A stretch of DNA of 64,000 nt from Candidatus Harrisonbacteria bacterium (GCA_016214655.1 JACROC010000002.1:67801-131800); one strand, 5' to 3'; counted from the first letter of the stretch, positions 1-8,731 are shown. Numbers and translations: made by a program. The notes: a model not told the origin generated them from the sequence alone.

Positions 1-817
1 AACCCTCCCTACAATAGCCGGCAACTACAATACACCAGGCGATGCCAGAGGTGTTTATGTCACCGAAAATTACGCTTATGTGACAGACGGATCTGCCGGT
101 CTACAAATTATAAATATTGCTAATCCGTCAGTGCCATCGCTCACCGGAATTTTTAACACGCCAGGAAGCGCGGAAAAAGTTTATGTTTCCGGAAATTACG
201 CTTATATTGCCGACGGCTCCGCTGGACTGCAGATAATCAACGTATCTAATCCGGCCAGCCCAGTTTTAACCGGATCTTACGACACGTCCGGTAGTGCCGG
301 CGATATAAAGGTTTCCGGGAAATATGCCTATATTGCCGATGGTTCCAATGTTCTTCAGATTGTTGACGTCTCTAATCCGGCTAATCCAAAACCAGTTGGC
401 AGCTATGACAATGCCAATGACTCCAGTGAAAACATTTTCATTGCTGGTAAATTTGCATACGTCACAGTCGGCAGCGCCGGAATACATATAATTGATATCA
501 AAGGAGCAAATATCATTTCCGCCGATATAGATAACCTCACGTCAAATAACATTAATATAAAAAATAATTTTTATATTACCGGCCAACTGACTGCCAATAA
601 TGCCGTAAATACCGGCGCCGGCGGAATAGCCAGCGAAGGAATAATTTCTTCAGCGCACTATCTCCATGTCGGAAAAGCCACTGCCGGATCGCCGCCAACG
701 CCTGATTGCGACTCGGAATCAGAGGTCGGAAGAATAGCAATTGATTTCAACAGCAACCGCCTTTACGTTTGCATTGGCGGAAGCCGGGGCTGGGATTCGG
801 CATCTTTAAGCAATTAA
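1..817 (+). CDS. LVIVD-repeat surface protein, 5' part outside the window
   Basis: Frame is open from base 2. Repeated 'YAYIADGSAGLQIINVSNPASP' LVIVD-type beta-propeller repeats. C-terminal Cys-pair domain is shared with the next ORF. Confidence 0.85.
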   Translation, partial: TLPTIAGNYNTPGDARGVYVTENYAYVTDGSAGLQIINIANPSVPSLTGIFNTPGSAEKVYVSGNYAYIADGSAGLQIINVSNPASPVLTGSYDTSGSAGDIKVSGKYAYIADGSNVLQIVDVSNPANPKPVGSYDNANDSSENIFIAGKFAYVTVGSAGIHIIDIKGANIISADIDNLTSNNINIKNNFYITGQLTANNAVNTGAGGIASEGIISSAHYLHVGKATAGSPPTPDCDSESEVGRIAIDFNSNRLYVCIGGSRGWDSASLSN

Positions 818-821
818 CAAT

Positions 822-1835
822 ATGACAACTAACTATATAAACAAAAAAACGGAAAAACGGAAAAACGGAAAAACTTTATATTGGTTTTTTAGTTCTTTCG
901 TTTTTGGGTTTTTTGGTCTGGCAATTATCATTGCCAGCGCTGCCACTTTCGATTCCGACGTCCTGCCATCCAAAAATAATACCTACAATCTAGGATTCCC
1001 TACCCTAAGATGGCAAGATTTATATCTTTCCCGAAATTTAATTGTCGGCGGCAATTTACTAGCCGGCAGCCTAATCGCGGATCCCGCCGGTTCCAACGGA
1101 ACTTTTTATTACAACGCTACCCTATCATCTTTCCGAGCTTATCAAGGGGGAAGCTGGAATGATCTTGGGCTATGGAATTTTTCCAGCGCCACTAATCAGA
1201 TTTACAACTCTAATTCTGGAAAAGTAGGCATCAATACCCCTAATCCTTCTCAGAAATTGGAAGTAAGCGGCACGATCCGCGCAAAAGGATTTCTCCTGCC
1301 CACCGGCGCCAACAACGGTTATCTTCTTACTTCGGATAGCAACGGCGCGGGAACTTGGCGCGCTCCTGCCGTGAGTTTATGGCTGCCAAACGGAAACCAC
1401 ATTTATAATTCCAACAATGGCAATGTCGGCATCGGCAACAGCAACCCGCAGGAAAAACTGCATATTTCCAACGGAACCCTAATAATTGATAACAGCGCCA
1501 ACCCATCAATATTGGGAGCCAGTATTGCCACGGCAAAGATCAATAATCTGACCACAACCTCAATGACCGTAACGGAAAACTTAGATTTGGATATAACTAA
1601 TAATTTACAAATCGGAAATTCACTATCTGCAGGCCGCGGCGGGATTTTCAGCAATGGAGAGATTTCTTCTTCGGACTATTTAAAATTCGGCAAGATTAAC
1701 AGCGGACCGCCGGTAAGCGAGGACTGCAACTCCGATTCCGAACGCGGAAGAATCACTATGGATACCAATAGCAACCTTCTTTACATCTGCAATGGCGCAA
1801 CCCGCGGCTGGGACAACCTGAGTCTATTCGATTAA
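822..1835 (+). CDS. Membrane-anchored fibre/adhesin-like protein
   Basis: N-terminal TM/signal. 'GKVGINTPNPSQKLEVSG' and 'GNVGIGNSNPQEKLHIS' fibre-type repeats. C-terminal domain is paralogous to that of the upstream ORF. Confidence 0.7.
   Translation: MTTNYINKKTEKRKNGKTLYWFFSSFVFGFFGLAIIIASAATFDSDVLPSKNNTYNLGFPTLRWQDLYLSRNLIVGGNLLAGSLIADPAGSNGTFYYNATLSSFRAYQGGSWNDLGLWNFSSATNQIYNSNSGKVGINTPNPSQKLEVSGTIRAKGFLLPTGANNGYLLTSDSNGAGTWRAPAVSLWLPNGNHIYNSNNGNVGIGNSNPQEKLHISNGTLIIDNSANPSILGASIATAKINNLTTTSMTVTENLDLDITNNLQIGNSLSAGRGGIFSNGEISSSDYLKFGKINSGPPVSEDCNSDSERGRITMDTNSNLLYICNGATRGWDNLSLFD
845..874 (+). repeat. 8-bp tandem repeat (GGAAAAAC)x3 plus a partial unit, in the 5' coding region
   Basis: Units at 851-858, 859-866 and 867-874, preceded by AAAAAC. 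Confidence 0.85.
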
Positions 1836-2423
1836 AAGGGGCAAGAGATTTTTAATCGCTGTTTGGCGATGGCCGATCAAGCCCTCTTCCTCCATAGTCA
1901 CGTCTCCCAGTACCTTATTTAACGCCGGAACATAAAAAAGCGACCGGAATGGAAATCCGGGAATCATATTAGCTGATGGAGTTTCCAATATCCGTCCGCG
2001 CAAGATACCTTCCGCGGTCACGACTTTGCTTTGCGGCGAAAGCTTTAAAGCCACTGCCACCCGGAATTGCGCGCCGCGGTTTTCCGCCGGCACACCCCTT
2101 AATTTCCGCAGCGCTAAATCAATTAGTTCCTTGTCGGTTGCTTTATATCCTGGCCAGCGGCGCGAAAATACTCCCGGCTCTCCGTTTAAACAATCAATTT
2201 CCAAACCGGAATCTTCCGCTAATACCGGCAAATCAGTAAAACGAGAATAAAATTCCGCTTTTTTAACCGCATTTTCTTCAAAAGTTCTGCCATTCTCCTC
2301 CGGCTCATCATCAATATTTAAATCATTCAACATTAATAACTTAAACGGCAATTCTTTTAGAATTGCTTTGTATTCCAGAATTTTTCCCGGATTATGTGTT
2401 GCAATAACTATATATTTCATCAA
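1824..2423 (-). CDS. rdgB: Non-canonical purine NTP pyrophosphatase (Ham1/RdgB)
   Basis: ATHNPGK, EENGRTFEENAVKKA, EDSGLEIDCLNGEPGVFSRRW and HR motifs. Confidence 0.92.
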   Translation of the reverse strand: MMKYIVIATHNPGKILEYKAILKELPFKLLMLNDLNIDDEPEENGRTFEENAVKKAEFYSRFTDLPVLAEDSGLEIDCLNGEPGVFSRRWPGYKATDKELIDLALRKLRGVPAENRGAQFRVAVALKLSPQSKVVTAEGILRGRILETPSANMIPGFPFRSLFYVPALNKVLGDVTMEEEGLIGHRQTAIKNLLPLLIE

Positions 2424-2439
2424 AAATTGCTTATGAACT

Positions 2440-2991
2440 CTATTTTTTCGCGCGCATTATAAAATAAGGAAGAAAATTCCTAGGCTCGAAAGATAAGTCC
2501 ACTTTTTTAAAGAATTTCTTCAATATAGGCAAAACTAACGGTGTATATTGATAAACCAAAAATATCCCGCCCTTATTAATTGCCGAATAAGTATTCAGGA
2601 TAACTTCCGACCGCTCTTTTGGCTTAATAACAGTAAAAGGAATTCCGGAAACCACAGCATCAATTCTGGGCAGACCCAATTTCTTTAAATCTCTGGAGGC
2701 GACTATTACATCATCATTCAAAACTTTTAACCGATTGTCATTAATCTTCCTAAGTTCAGCGGCAAAATCTTTATTCAGCTCAAAAGCGACCAGCCGTCCG
2801 TCCGCCGACAATCGCTTTAAAATCTCTTTAGTAACAATCCCGTCACCGGCTCCATATTCAACAATATATTTAAAATCCGAACCCAATTCCTTCATCAGGC
2901 TCTGCACAACATATTTGGAACTGACGGTAATGGCGCCAACCTTATAATCTTTAATTACCGCTTTTAAAAAATTAAATCCGCTCATAAACAA
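2440..2991 (-). CDS. Class I SAM methyltransferase (phospholipid N-methyltransferase-like)
   Basis: VGAITVSSKY, VEYGAGDG, VVSGIPF and YQY motifs typical of PmtA-like proteins. Confidence 0.75.
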   Translation of the reverse strand: MFMSGFNFLKAVIKDYKVGAITVSSKYVVQSLMKELGSDFKYIVEYGAGDGIVTKEILKRLSADGRLVAFELNKDFAAELRKINDNRLKVLNDDVIVASRDLKKLGLPRIDAVVSGIPFTVIKPKERSEVILNTYSAINKGGIFLVYQYTPLVLPILKKFFKKVDLSFEPRNFLPYFIMRAKK

Positions 2992-3089
2992 ATTTATACG
3001 TTAATTAGGTTCTTTATAAAATAACATAAATCCACTTAAAAATCAAGAAATTAAAAACCCGTGAATTCACGGGTAAACCTATCTCAATT

Positions 3090-3368
3090 CTAATCTCCTG
3101 AAAGCCGGCCACAAAAATGAATTATTCCCTTATTTCTTTGGTTCCTGACGCTAACCAAAATAACATGCTGGGTAATATTGCCGAGGTCCGGCTTAAGATT
3201 TTCTAAAACATCCAACACTTCAGCGCGATTTTCTGCCTGTTCAACCGCGGCGTTATCATTTGGCGCGTAGATTTTTTCAATGGAAAAATCTATAATCTCT
3301 CCCTGGGTTACAAATGATATAAAGCCATATTGTGCTAAATATAAATGTCCTCGATGGCCCTTGCGCAT
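3090..3368 (-). CDS. Hypothetical protein
   Basis: 92-aa ORF filling an intergenic gap, with AGGAG upstream. No recognisable motif. Confidence 0.55.
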   Translation of the reverse strand: MRKGHRGHLYLAQYGFISFVTQGEIIDFSIEKIYAPNDNAAVEQAENRAEVLDVLENLKPDLGNITQHVILVSVRNQRNKGIIHFCGRLSGD

Positions 3369-3439
3369 CAGAGCTCCTATTTTAAAAACTAAATATAATT
3401 TAAATTAAAACTCTTAAAAAATCAATATTTTTCATACCC

Positions 3440-3516
3440 TTGACCTTATGGTTAAAAGCTGTTATACTTTTTAAAGCTTAGAAGTTCTTTGACAGACAGC
3501 ACTTAGGAAAGGAGGT
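3440..3516 (+). promoter_or_regulatory. Sigma70 promoter, boxA-like leader and strong SD
   Basis: TTGACC(3440)-17 bp-TATACT(3463) with extended TG. GTTCTTTGACA at 3484-3494. GGAGGT at 3511-3516. Confidence 0.75.
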
Positions 3517-3522
3517 AATGGA

Positions 3523-4305
3523 ATGACCGTAGCATTGGTGGCTGCTGTAGTTGCGGCGGTGATTATAGGTGTGGCTATGGAAAGCTTTTCTGCGGTTGTT
3601 GTTGCTGCACTCATCGGCGGCGGAATAGTTTTTGGGGGTAATGCGCTAATTACTTACGGCGCCCTCGCCGGACTGATAACTGGTTTAACTTTGGCTGGAG
3701 CGCTTGCGGTCGGTACGGCTGGATTCTGGCTGCTCGTAGCAGTATCTACCGTTGCACTCGCTTGTCTAGTTGAGAACGAAGAAGGAGCTTGGGCTACTGG
3801 GACGCTTCTTCTAACGCTTCTACTTCTCCAGCTGTTCGGTGACATCAAAGTTTTCACTTCTGCATACAACCATCCGCTTGTCGCCCTTATGTGCGTTGCC
3901 GGATATTTTATGGCTGGAATGGCTTGGGCAATTTGGAAATGGGTGCTTTATAACCGTGACCAAAAAATGCTATATGACGAACGGAGGACTGCATTCCTAA
4001 AGGATAATAATATTACCGACAACACAATACCCGCAGATCTAAAAACGAATTTTGATCAGTGCGTAAACGGAATTGACATTCGTCCGCCAGTTACCGAACA
4101 TAAGGAACGAGTTCTGCGATGGATGACTTATTGGCCGTGGAGCGCGCTTGCTTGGTTGCTCAGCGATCCAATCCGCCGGTTATTCCGGGAAATTTATCAT
4201 CAAATTCAAAATACTCTGCAGAAAATTTCAGACCGGATTTGGCAGGGAGTTGAAAATGATCTGCCGCCACCTGCGACTAGCAGGCGAAGGCGGAATCAGC
4301 ACTAA
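3523..4305 (+). CDS. Multi-pass membrane hypothetical protein
   Basis: Several hydrophobic helices. C-terminal 'WMTYWPWSALAWLLSDP' motif. Own promoter and SD. Confidence 0.75.
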   Translation: MTVALVAAVVAAVIIGVAMESFSAVVVAALIGGGIVFGGNALITYGALAGLITGLTLAGALAVGTAGFWLLVAVSTVALACLVENEEGAWATGTLLLTLLLLQLFGDIKVFTSAYNHPLVALMCVAGYFMAGMAWAIWKWVLYNRDQKMLYDERRTAFLKDNNITDNTIPADLKTNFDQCVNGIDIRPPVTEHKERVLRWMTYWPWSALAWLLSDPIRRLFREIYHQIQNTLQKISDRIWQGVENDLPPPATSRRRRNQH

Positions 4306-4310
4306 AAACA

Positions 4311-4337
4311 AAATAGCGAGGTTTTACCTCGCTTTTT
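4311..4337. terminator. Bidirectional intrinsic terminator
   Basis: AGCGAGG-loop-CCTCGCT flanked by A/T runs, between convergent genes. Confidence 0.7.
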
Positions 4338-4350
4338 AATTTCCCGAAAT

Positions 4351-4827
4351 TCAATCGCTGTTCTTATTGGAAGACGAACTACCGGATCCCTTGCCCATGA
4401 CCAACCCCAACAATAAAAGAAAACCGCCGATCATCAGCTTAGTCTGATCCCACTCTGCCCCGCCAGATACAGTCAAAAGCAATGAATTATGGAGTAAATA
4501 TGTTCCATAAATAAGTGAAAGCCGTCCAACTGCAACACTAACGAGCATCAAGAGTGATAAAGCTCCTCCGCCAAGCAATCCGAGGAGCGCACCAGCTACC
4601 GCGCCAGCTTTTCCTCCGCCGCTCTCGCTGCCGACAAGACCGCCGGTAACAGCTCCGCCAACTGCAAACATTAATGTAGCTAAACCAACCACTAACCCAA
4701 TCAAAGCCGAAGTCACTACATACCACCAGAATAGAAAATTAGTGCTTGTCAAAAAAATCTCCGGCCAATTGGTCGTGCGGAACAAGTAAAGAAATCCGGC
4801 ATAAATGGCCGCCAACAAGATTCCCAC
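4351..4827 (-). CDS. Gly-rich membrane hypothetical protein
   Basis: About four TM segments with a glycine-zipper-like stretch. AGGAGG SD upstream of the GTG start. Confidence 0.7.
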   Translation of the reverse strand: MGILLAAIYAGFLYLFRTTNWPEIFLTSTNFLFWWYVVTSALIGLVVGLATLMFAVGGAVTGGLVGSESGGGKAGAVAGALLGLLGGGALSLLMLVSVAVGRLSLIYGTYLLHNSLLLTVSGGAEWDQTKLMIGGFLLLLGLVMGKGSGSSSSNKNSD

Positions 4828-4956
4828 TTGTGCCTCCTTTGATTAGGATTTCAAACGACTATGATTAAAATAACACCAAACAAAATCAAAGTCAATCCTT
4901 ATTGTACATATATAATTAGATTGTAAACACTTTTCCGCCATCGCCTCCACTCTATA

Positions 4957-5102
4957 AATACCCGAAATTATGTTCCGTGCGGCAACTACGGAGCGCCAAA
5001 TTGCTGGGTCTTACTATGTAAGAATTTGGCGTGAGGCGTAGGCGGCGTCAACCGCTGGAGTTGGCGAACGCCGGTGCCGTCAGGAATATAATTTCGGGTA
5101 TT
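4957..5102 (+). ncRNA. Structured repeat element, copy 1 (candidate ncRNA or ssDNA motif)
   Basis: 20-bp basal stem AATACCCGAAATTATGTTCC/GGAATATAATTTCGGGTATT enclosing a multi-stem core homologous to 5823-5941 (-) and 56289-56444 (+). Confidence 0.7.
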
Positions 5103-5163
5103 AAGACCTGAATGATCCCACCGCCAGCCCGAATGTCGGAAAAGCGTCAACAATCCGTTAAGA

Positions 5164-5775
5164 TTATACAACCTTATATAAGTTATTTTCTTTTATATAT
5201 TCAGAAACGCCCTTAGATAAATATTGACTAACCGGCTTGCCGCTGGCTATCAATGAACGTACATCGGTACTGGAAAAATTTGACGGGTCTAAATTTCTTT
5301 CCAACACCATAACATTTTTAGGCAAATTTTCCGGCAAAGAGATTCCTGGCCGGACAAGCACTATAAAATTAGCTTCTTTATATAATTTTTCGCCATTCAC
5401 CCATTTGGTTTTTATATCATTAAAACTGTCAGAACCAACTACAAAATAAAATTCAAAATCCGGATACTGATTTTCCAATTCTGTTTTAGTTTCATAAGTA
5501 GTGGTCAGCTTCGGACGATCCAATTCTAAAGTGGGTATTTTTATCGGCACCTTGGCATCCTGAAATAATTCCTTGATTAAAATTTCTACCATTTTAAACC
5601 GATGCTGTCCGCTGACACTCATAGCCTTATCGTGCCGGTCGGCAGATGGCATCACCCAGATCTCATCGCAAGGAAATTTTTTAAGGACAGAACGGATAAC
5701 CGAAACATGGCCTAAATGAGGCGGATTAAACGCCCCTCCAAAAATAACTATTCTTTTACCACTATTCTTTGTCAT
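5164..5775 (-). CDS. nadD: Nicotinate-nucleotide adenylyltransferase
   Basis: FGGAFNPPHLGH (HxGH), VVGSD and SSTDVR motifs. Start reassigned to the ATG at 5775 (MTKNSGKRIVIFGG). Confidence 0.9.
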   Translation of the reverse strand: MTKNSGKRIVIFGGAFNPPHLGHVSVIRSVLKKFPCDEIWVMPSADRHDKAMSVSGQHRFKMVEILIKELFQDAKVPIKIPTLELDRPKLTTTYETKTELENQYPDFEFYFVVGSDSFNDIKTKWVNGEKLYKEANFIVLVRPGISLPENLPKNVMVLERNLDPSNFSSTDVRSLIASGKPVSQYLSKGVSEYIKENNLYKVV

Positions 5776-5822
5776 TTTATGATTATCAAGCCAAAAATTT
5801 ATTTCGGCAATCTCCGCCGTCC

Positions 5823-5941
5823 TTTTCCTACCGACACCGGCGTTCATCGACTCTTGCGGTCAGCGCCGCCTACGCTTCACCGCGATTTTTCGCTTCGCGA
5901 AACCCAGTAAATCGCAATTCCGTAATTGCCGCACGAAGAAT
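5823..5941 (-). ncRNA. Structured repeat element, copy 2 (in the nadD upstream region, sense orientation)
   Basis: Minus strand reads CGTGCGGCAATTACGGAATTGCGATTTACTGGGTTTCGCGAAGCGAAAAATCGCGGTGAAGCGTAGGCGGCGCTGACCGCAAGAGTCGATGAACGCCGGTGTCG, which aligns with copies 1 and 3. Confidence 0.7.
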
Positions 5942-6036
5942 AGTTTCGGATATTTACATAAAAAAATGATTGCTTTCCATCGAAATTTCTTTTAAAATAT
6001 AGACGGAACTTAGTTAATTCAATAGGGAAAGCAAAG

Positions 6037-6819
6037 ATGAAATGGCCGCGGAAGCTGATCCTTATCCGGCACGGCGAATCTGCTTATAATCTTATGAAAA
6101 AACAGAAGGAGTCAGACCCGGACTATAAAGAATTCAGGAAGGCATATGAGGAATTTGAAAGAGACGGCTTTCGCAATGAGCTCGCCCGCCAACTGGCGGA
6201 AAAACTGAAAGAAAAATGCGATGTCGGAGTAAGCGATCCGGAAACTCCCCTTTCTCCCGAAGGGCATCGCCAAGCTTTAGAAACTGGAAAAGGCCTGTCT
6301 GTTCATTCCCGGCTTCCTGATGTCATTTTCGTTTCTCCATATGTCCGAACTCAGCAAACGCTCGCTGGATTAGTAAAAGGCTGGCCAAAACTGGGAACGG
6401 TCAAAATTATCCTAGATGAACGCATCCGGGAGCGGAATATCGGCTTATTGGAGATATTCAACGACTGGCGAATATTAAATGTGCTTTATCCGGAGCAAGC
6501 CAGACTGCACGCACGGCAAGGAAAATTTTATTACCGCTATCCGCAAGGAGAAAGCATTGTGGATGTGCAATCGCGAAACCGGCAATGGTTCCAAACCCTT
6601 ACCAGAGATTGGGCCGGCAAACGAGTACTAGTGGTATCCCATCACCTGACTATCCTTAGCATCCGAAGCCTACTGGAACGCTGGACTCCAGAACAATTCA
6701 TTGATGTGGATGAAAATCACTCTCCGAAAAATTGTTCATTAACTGTTTATCGCGGAGATCCGAAACAAGGCACCGACGGCAAACTTTGCCTCGAAACCTA
6801 TAATCAAGTTTTCTATTAA
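6037..6819 (+). CDS. Histidine phosphatase (phosphoglycerate mutase family)
   Basis: LILIRHGES, SPYVRTQQT, GES and VVSH motifs. Confidence 0.9.
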   Translation: MKWPRKLILIRHGESAYNLMKKQKESDPDYKEFRKAYEEFERDGFRNELARQLAEKLKEKCDVGVSDPETPLSPEGHRQALETGKGLSVHSRLPDVIFVSPYVRTQQTLAGLVKGWPKLGTVKIILDERIRERNIGLLEIFNDWRILNVLYPEQARLHARQGKFYYRYPQGESIVDVQSRNRQWFQTLTRDWAGKRVLVVSHHLTILSIRSLLERWTPEQFIDVDENHSPKNCSLTVYRGDPKQGTDGKLCLETYNQVFY

Positions 6820-6846
6820 AAAATAAAGGCGCATTTCTGCGCCTTT

Positions 6847-8064
6847 TTAATATTTGCATTCCTCTGATTCGTTTCTTGTATATCCGAAAATCTTCTTAAA
6901 TCTTTCAATATCATTCGAATCTCCCATCGCCTTTGCCAGATTATCACTCAACTTCACCGTGCCGTGGCCGTTAGCTTCAGTAACCTTAACCACCAATGAT
7001 AACGCTTTAAATCCTAAGTCGTTGGTAAGGTTTGTCCCCCATCCGAATACAACATTAGTTCTTCCGCTAAATCGCTCATGGAGTTTAACGATCATATCCA
7101 CATCCAGCCCATCACTGAAAACAATAGTCTTTGTTTTAGGATCAATACCATATTTCTGATAAAACGCAATCGCTTTTTCACCGAACTCAAATGGATCTCC
7201 CGAATCCTGCCGAAAACCTCGCCACTTTCTCACCTGCTCTAAAGTTAAATCCTTAAAAAAGAAATCAGTTCCATAAGTGTCAGTAAGCGCAATTGATAGC
7301 GGCTCGCCATACTCCTTCCACCAAAGCTGTAACACCTTATTATGAGAGTACCGGATAGAATCATCACTGCCATGATAAACTCCAGATAACACCATATCCA
7401 TTTCGTGCGCAAAAGTGCCGATCGGACGGATTCCAAATCGTTTTGCAAAAGCAACATTTGAAGTTCCCAGAAGCTGATCCGGAACCGATCGCACTAAGCG
7501 GCCGATAACGTTATCCTGCCAGTAACGGCTGAATCGTCGGCGCGTGCCAAAATCTGAAAACTTTATTCCGGGATACAGGTTCAAAATCTCGATCTTTCGA
7601 GATAAACGGCTCTGTCCTTCACTCCAAACTCCAACTTCCGACCGCCCTTCCTTTCTAAGTAAAGAACGGTAATAAAGTTCGTTCACTACGGATAAAATCA
7701 GAGTTTCCCACCAAATCGCTTCCGGCCAAAGTCCAAAAACCTCAATCTTGTAAGTAGCGCCGTCTCTAGCCACAACAACTTCCGGAAGCTTCAAATTTTT
7801 TAAGAATCCTAAAAAGTCTTCGGAAAAAATCTTGAGTCCGCGCAGATATGCAATTTCCTCATCGGTAAACCGCAGGCTCCTAACATGATCCAATTCCATT
7901 CTCAAGTCTTCTTCATTGATATATTCAGCCAGCAGAACATTTTTTGTCCGATTTTTAAAACTGTACCTTACGGGTACAGTTTGATAATGCTTCCAGGCAA
8001 CCTGTGCCATCGTAAGCTTATAATAATCAAGATCTAACAGAGATCGGATGATTGGAGTATTCAT
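6847..8064 (-). CDS. pncB: Nicotinate phosphoribosyltransferase
   Basis: SLLDLDYYKLTM, DFGTRRR, GTSNV, GTFAHE, LTDTYG, RQDSGDP, FSDGL and GWGTNLTND motifs. Start at ATG 8064. Confidence 0.95.
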   Translation of the reverse strand: MNTPIIRSLLDLDYYKLTMAQVAWKHYQTVPVRYSFKNRTKNVLLAEYINEEDLRMELDHVRSLRFTDEEIAYLRGLKIFSEDFLGFLKNLKLPEVVVARDGATYKIEVFGLWPEAIWWETLILSVVNELYYRSLLRKEGRSEVGVWSEGQSRLSRKIEILNLYPGIKFSDFGTRRRFSRYWQDNVIGRLVRSVPDQLLGTSNVAFAKRFGIRPIGTFAHEMDMVLSGVYHGSDDSIRYSHNKVLQLWWKEYGEPLSIALTDTYGTDFFFKDLTLEQVRKWRGFRQDSGDPFEFGEKAIAFYQKYGIDPKTKTIVFSDGLDVDMIVKLHERFSGRTNVVFGWGTNLTNDLGFKALSLVVKVTEANGHGTVKLSDNLAKAMGDSNDIERFKKIFGYTRNESEECKY

Positions 8065-8065
8065 A

Positions 8066-8665
8066 TTAACCGCGGTCTCTAAAGAGAAGGAAGGTTTCGA
8101 TTGAAAGAGAAATAACGCCACTGCGCACCATTTCCTCTACCGCCCTATCTCCGTCGCCTGGATTGATATTTACTGCCCTAGAACCGTCAGAGAGAAAATA
8201 AGTCTTGAAACCCGCTCGTACAGCGCTTAGCGCCGTAGCTTTCACGCAATAATCAGTAGCCAAACCGCCGACATAAACCTCTTCCACACCCGCCACCCGT
8301 AAAACCCTTAACAAATTCATGCCAATATCAGTCACCCCATCAAAGGCAGAATATCCGCCATCATCATTAAGATCCATGCCCTTAGAAACGACGATCGCCT
8401 GTTCTACCTTAAGATCTTTATGAAATTTCGCGCCTTCAGTATTCTGTACACAATGCGGAGGCCACAAACCACCGCCAGTGTTAAAGTGCCTTGTTTCTGC
8501 CGGATGCCAATCACGAGAAGCGATAATTATCCAACCCTTTCGCAAGGCAAAATCTGCCATCCGATTAAGCGGTTCAACCACTTTATCGCCGTCTTTCACG
8601 GCCAATGCTCCGCCCGGACAAAAATCATTCTGTACATCCACCAAAATCAGCACTGCCCTTGCCAT
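8066..8665 (-). CDS. pncA: Nicotinamidase
   Basis: VDVQNDFCPGGALAV, DWHP, WPPHCVQ and GLATDYCV motifs. SD AGGAGG before ATG 8665. Confidence 0.95.
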   Translation of the reverse strand: MARAVLILVDVQNDFCPGGALAVKDGDKVVEPLNRMADFALRKGWIIIASRDWHPAETRHFNTGGGLWPPHCVQNTEGAKFHKDLKVEQAIVVSKGMDLNDDGGYSAFDGVTDIGMNLLRVLRVAGVEEVYVGGLATDYCVKATALSAVRAGFKTYFLSDGSRAVNINPGDGDRAVEEMVRSGVISLSIETFLLFRDRG

Positions 8666-8731
8666 CTTTGCCTCCTTTTTTCCTTTTTCGAGGAACGTTG
8701 TCATATTACCTATGGGCCACGCCCCTCGTCA

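Noticed and set aside
1-1835. Prophage tail-fibre region
   Set aside because: No other phage genes. A signal/TM anchor and LVIVD repeats fit cellular surface proteins.
4957-5102. Known self-cleaving ribozyme or NAD riboswitch
   Set aside because: No CUGANGA/GAAA or other diagnostic core was recognised, and the three gene contexts are inconsistent with a single riboswitch role. Left as unknown.
4986-5171. 61-aa ORF, and similarly 5716-5969 and 56186-56428
   Set aside because: These overlap the structured repeat copies and have no protein features; they are likely spurious.
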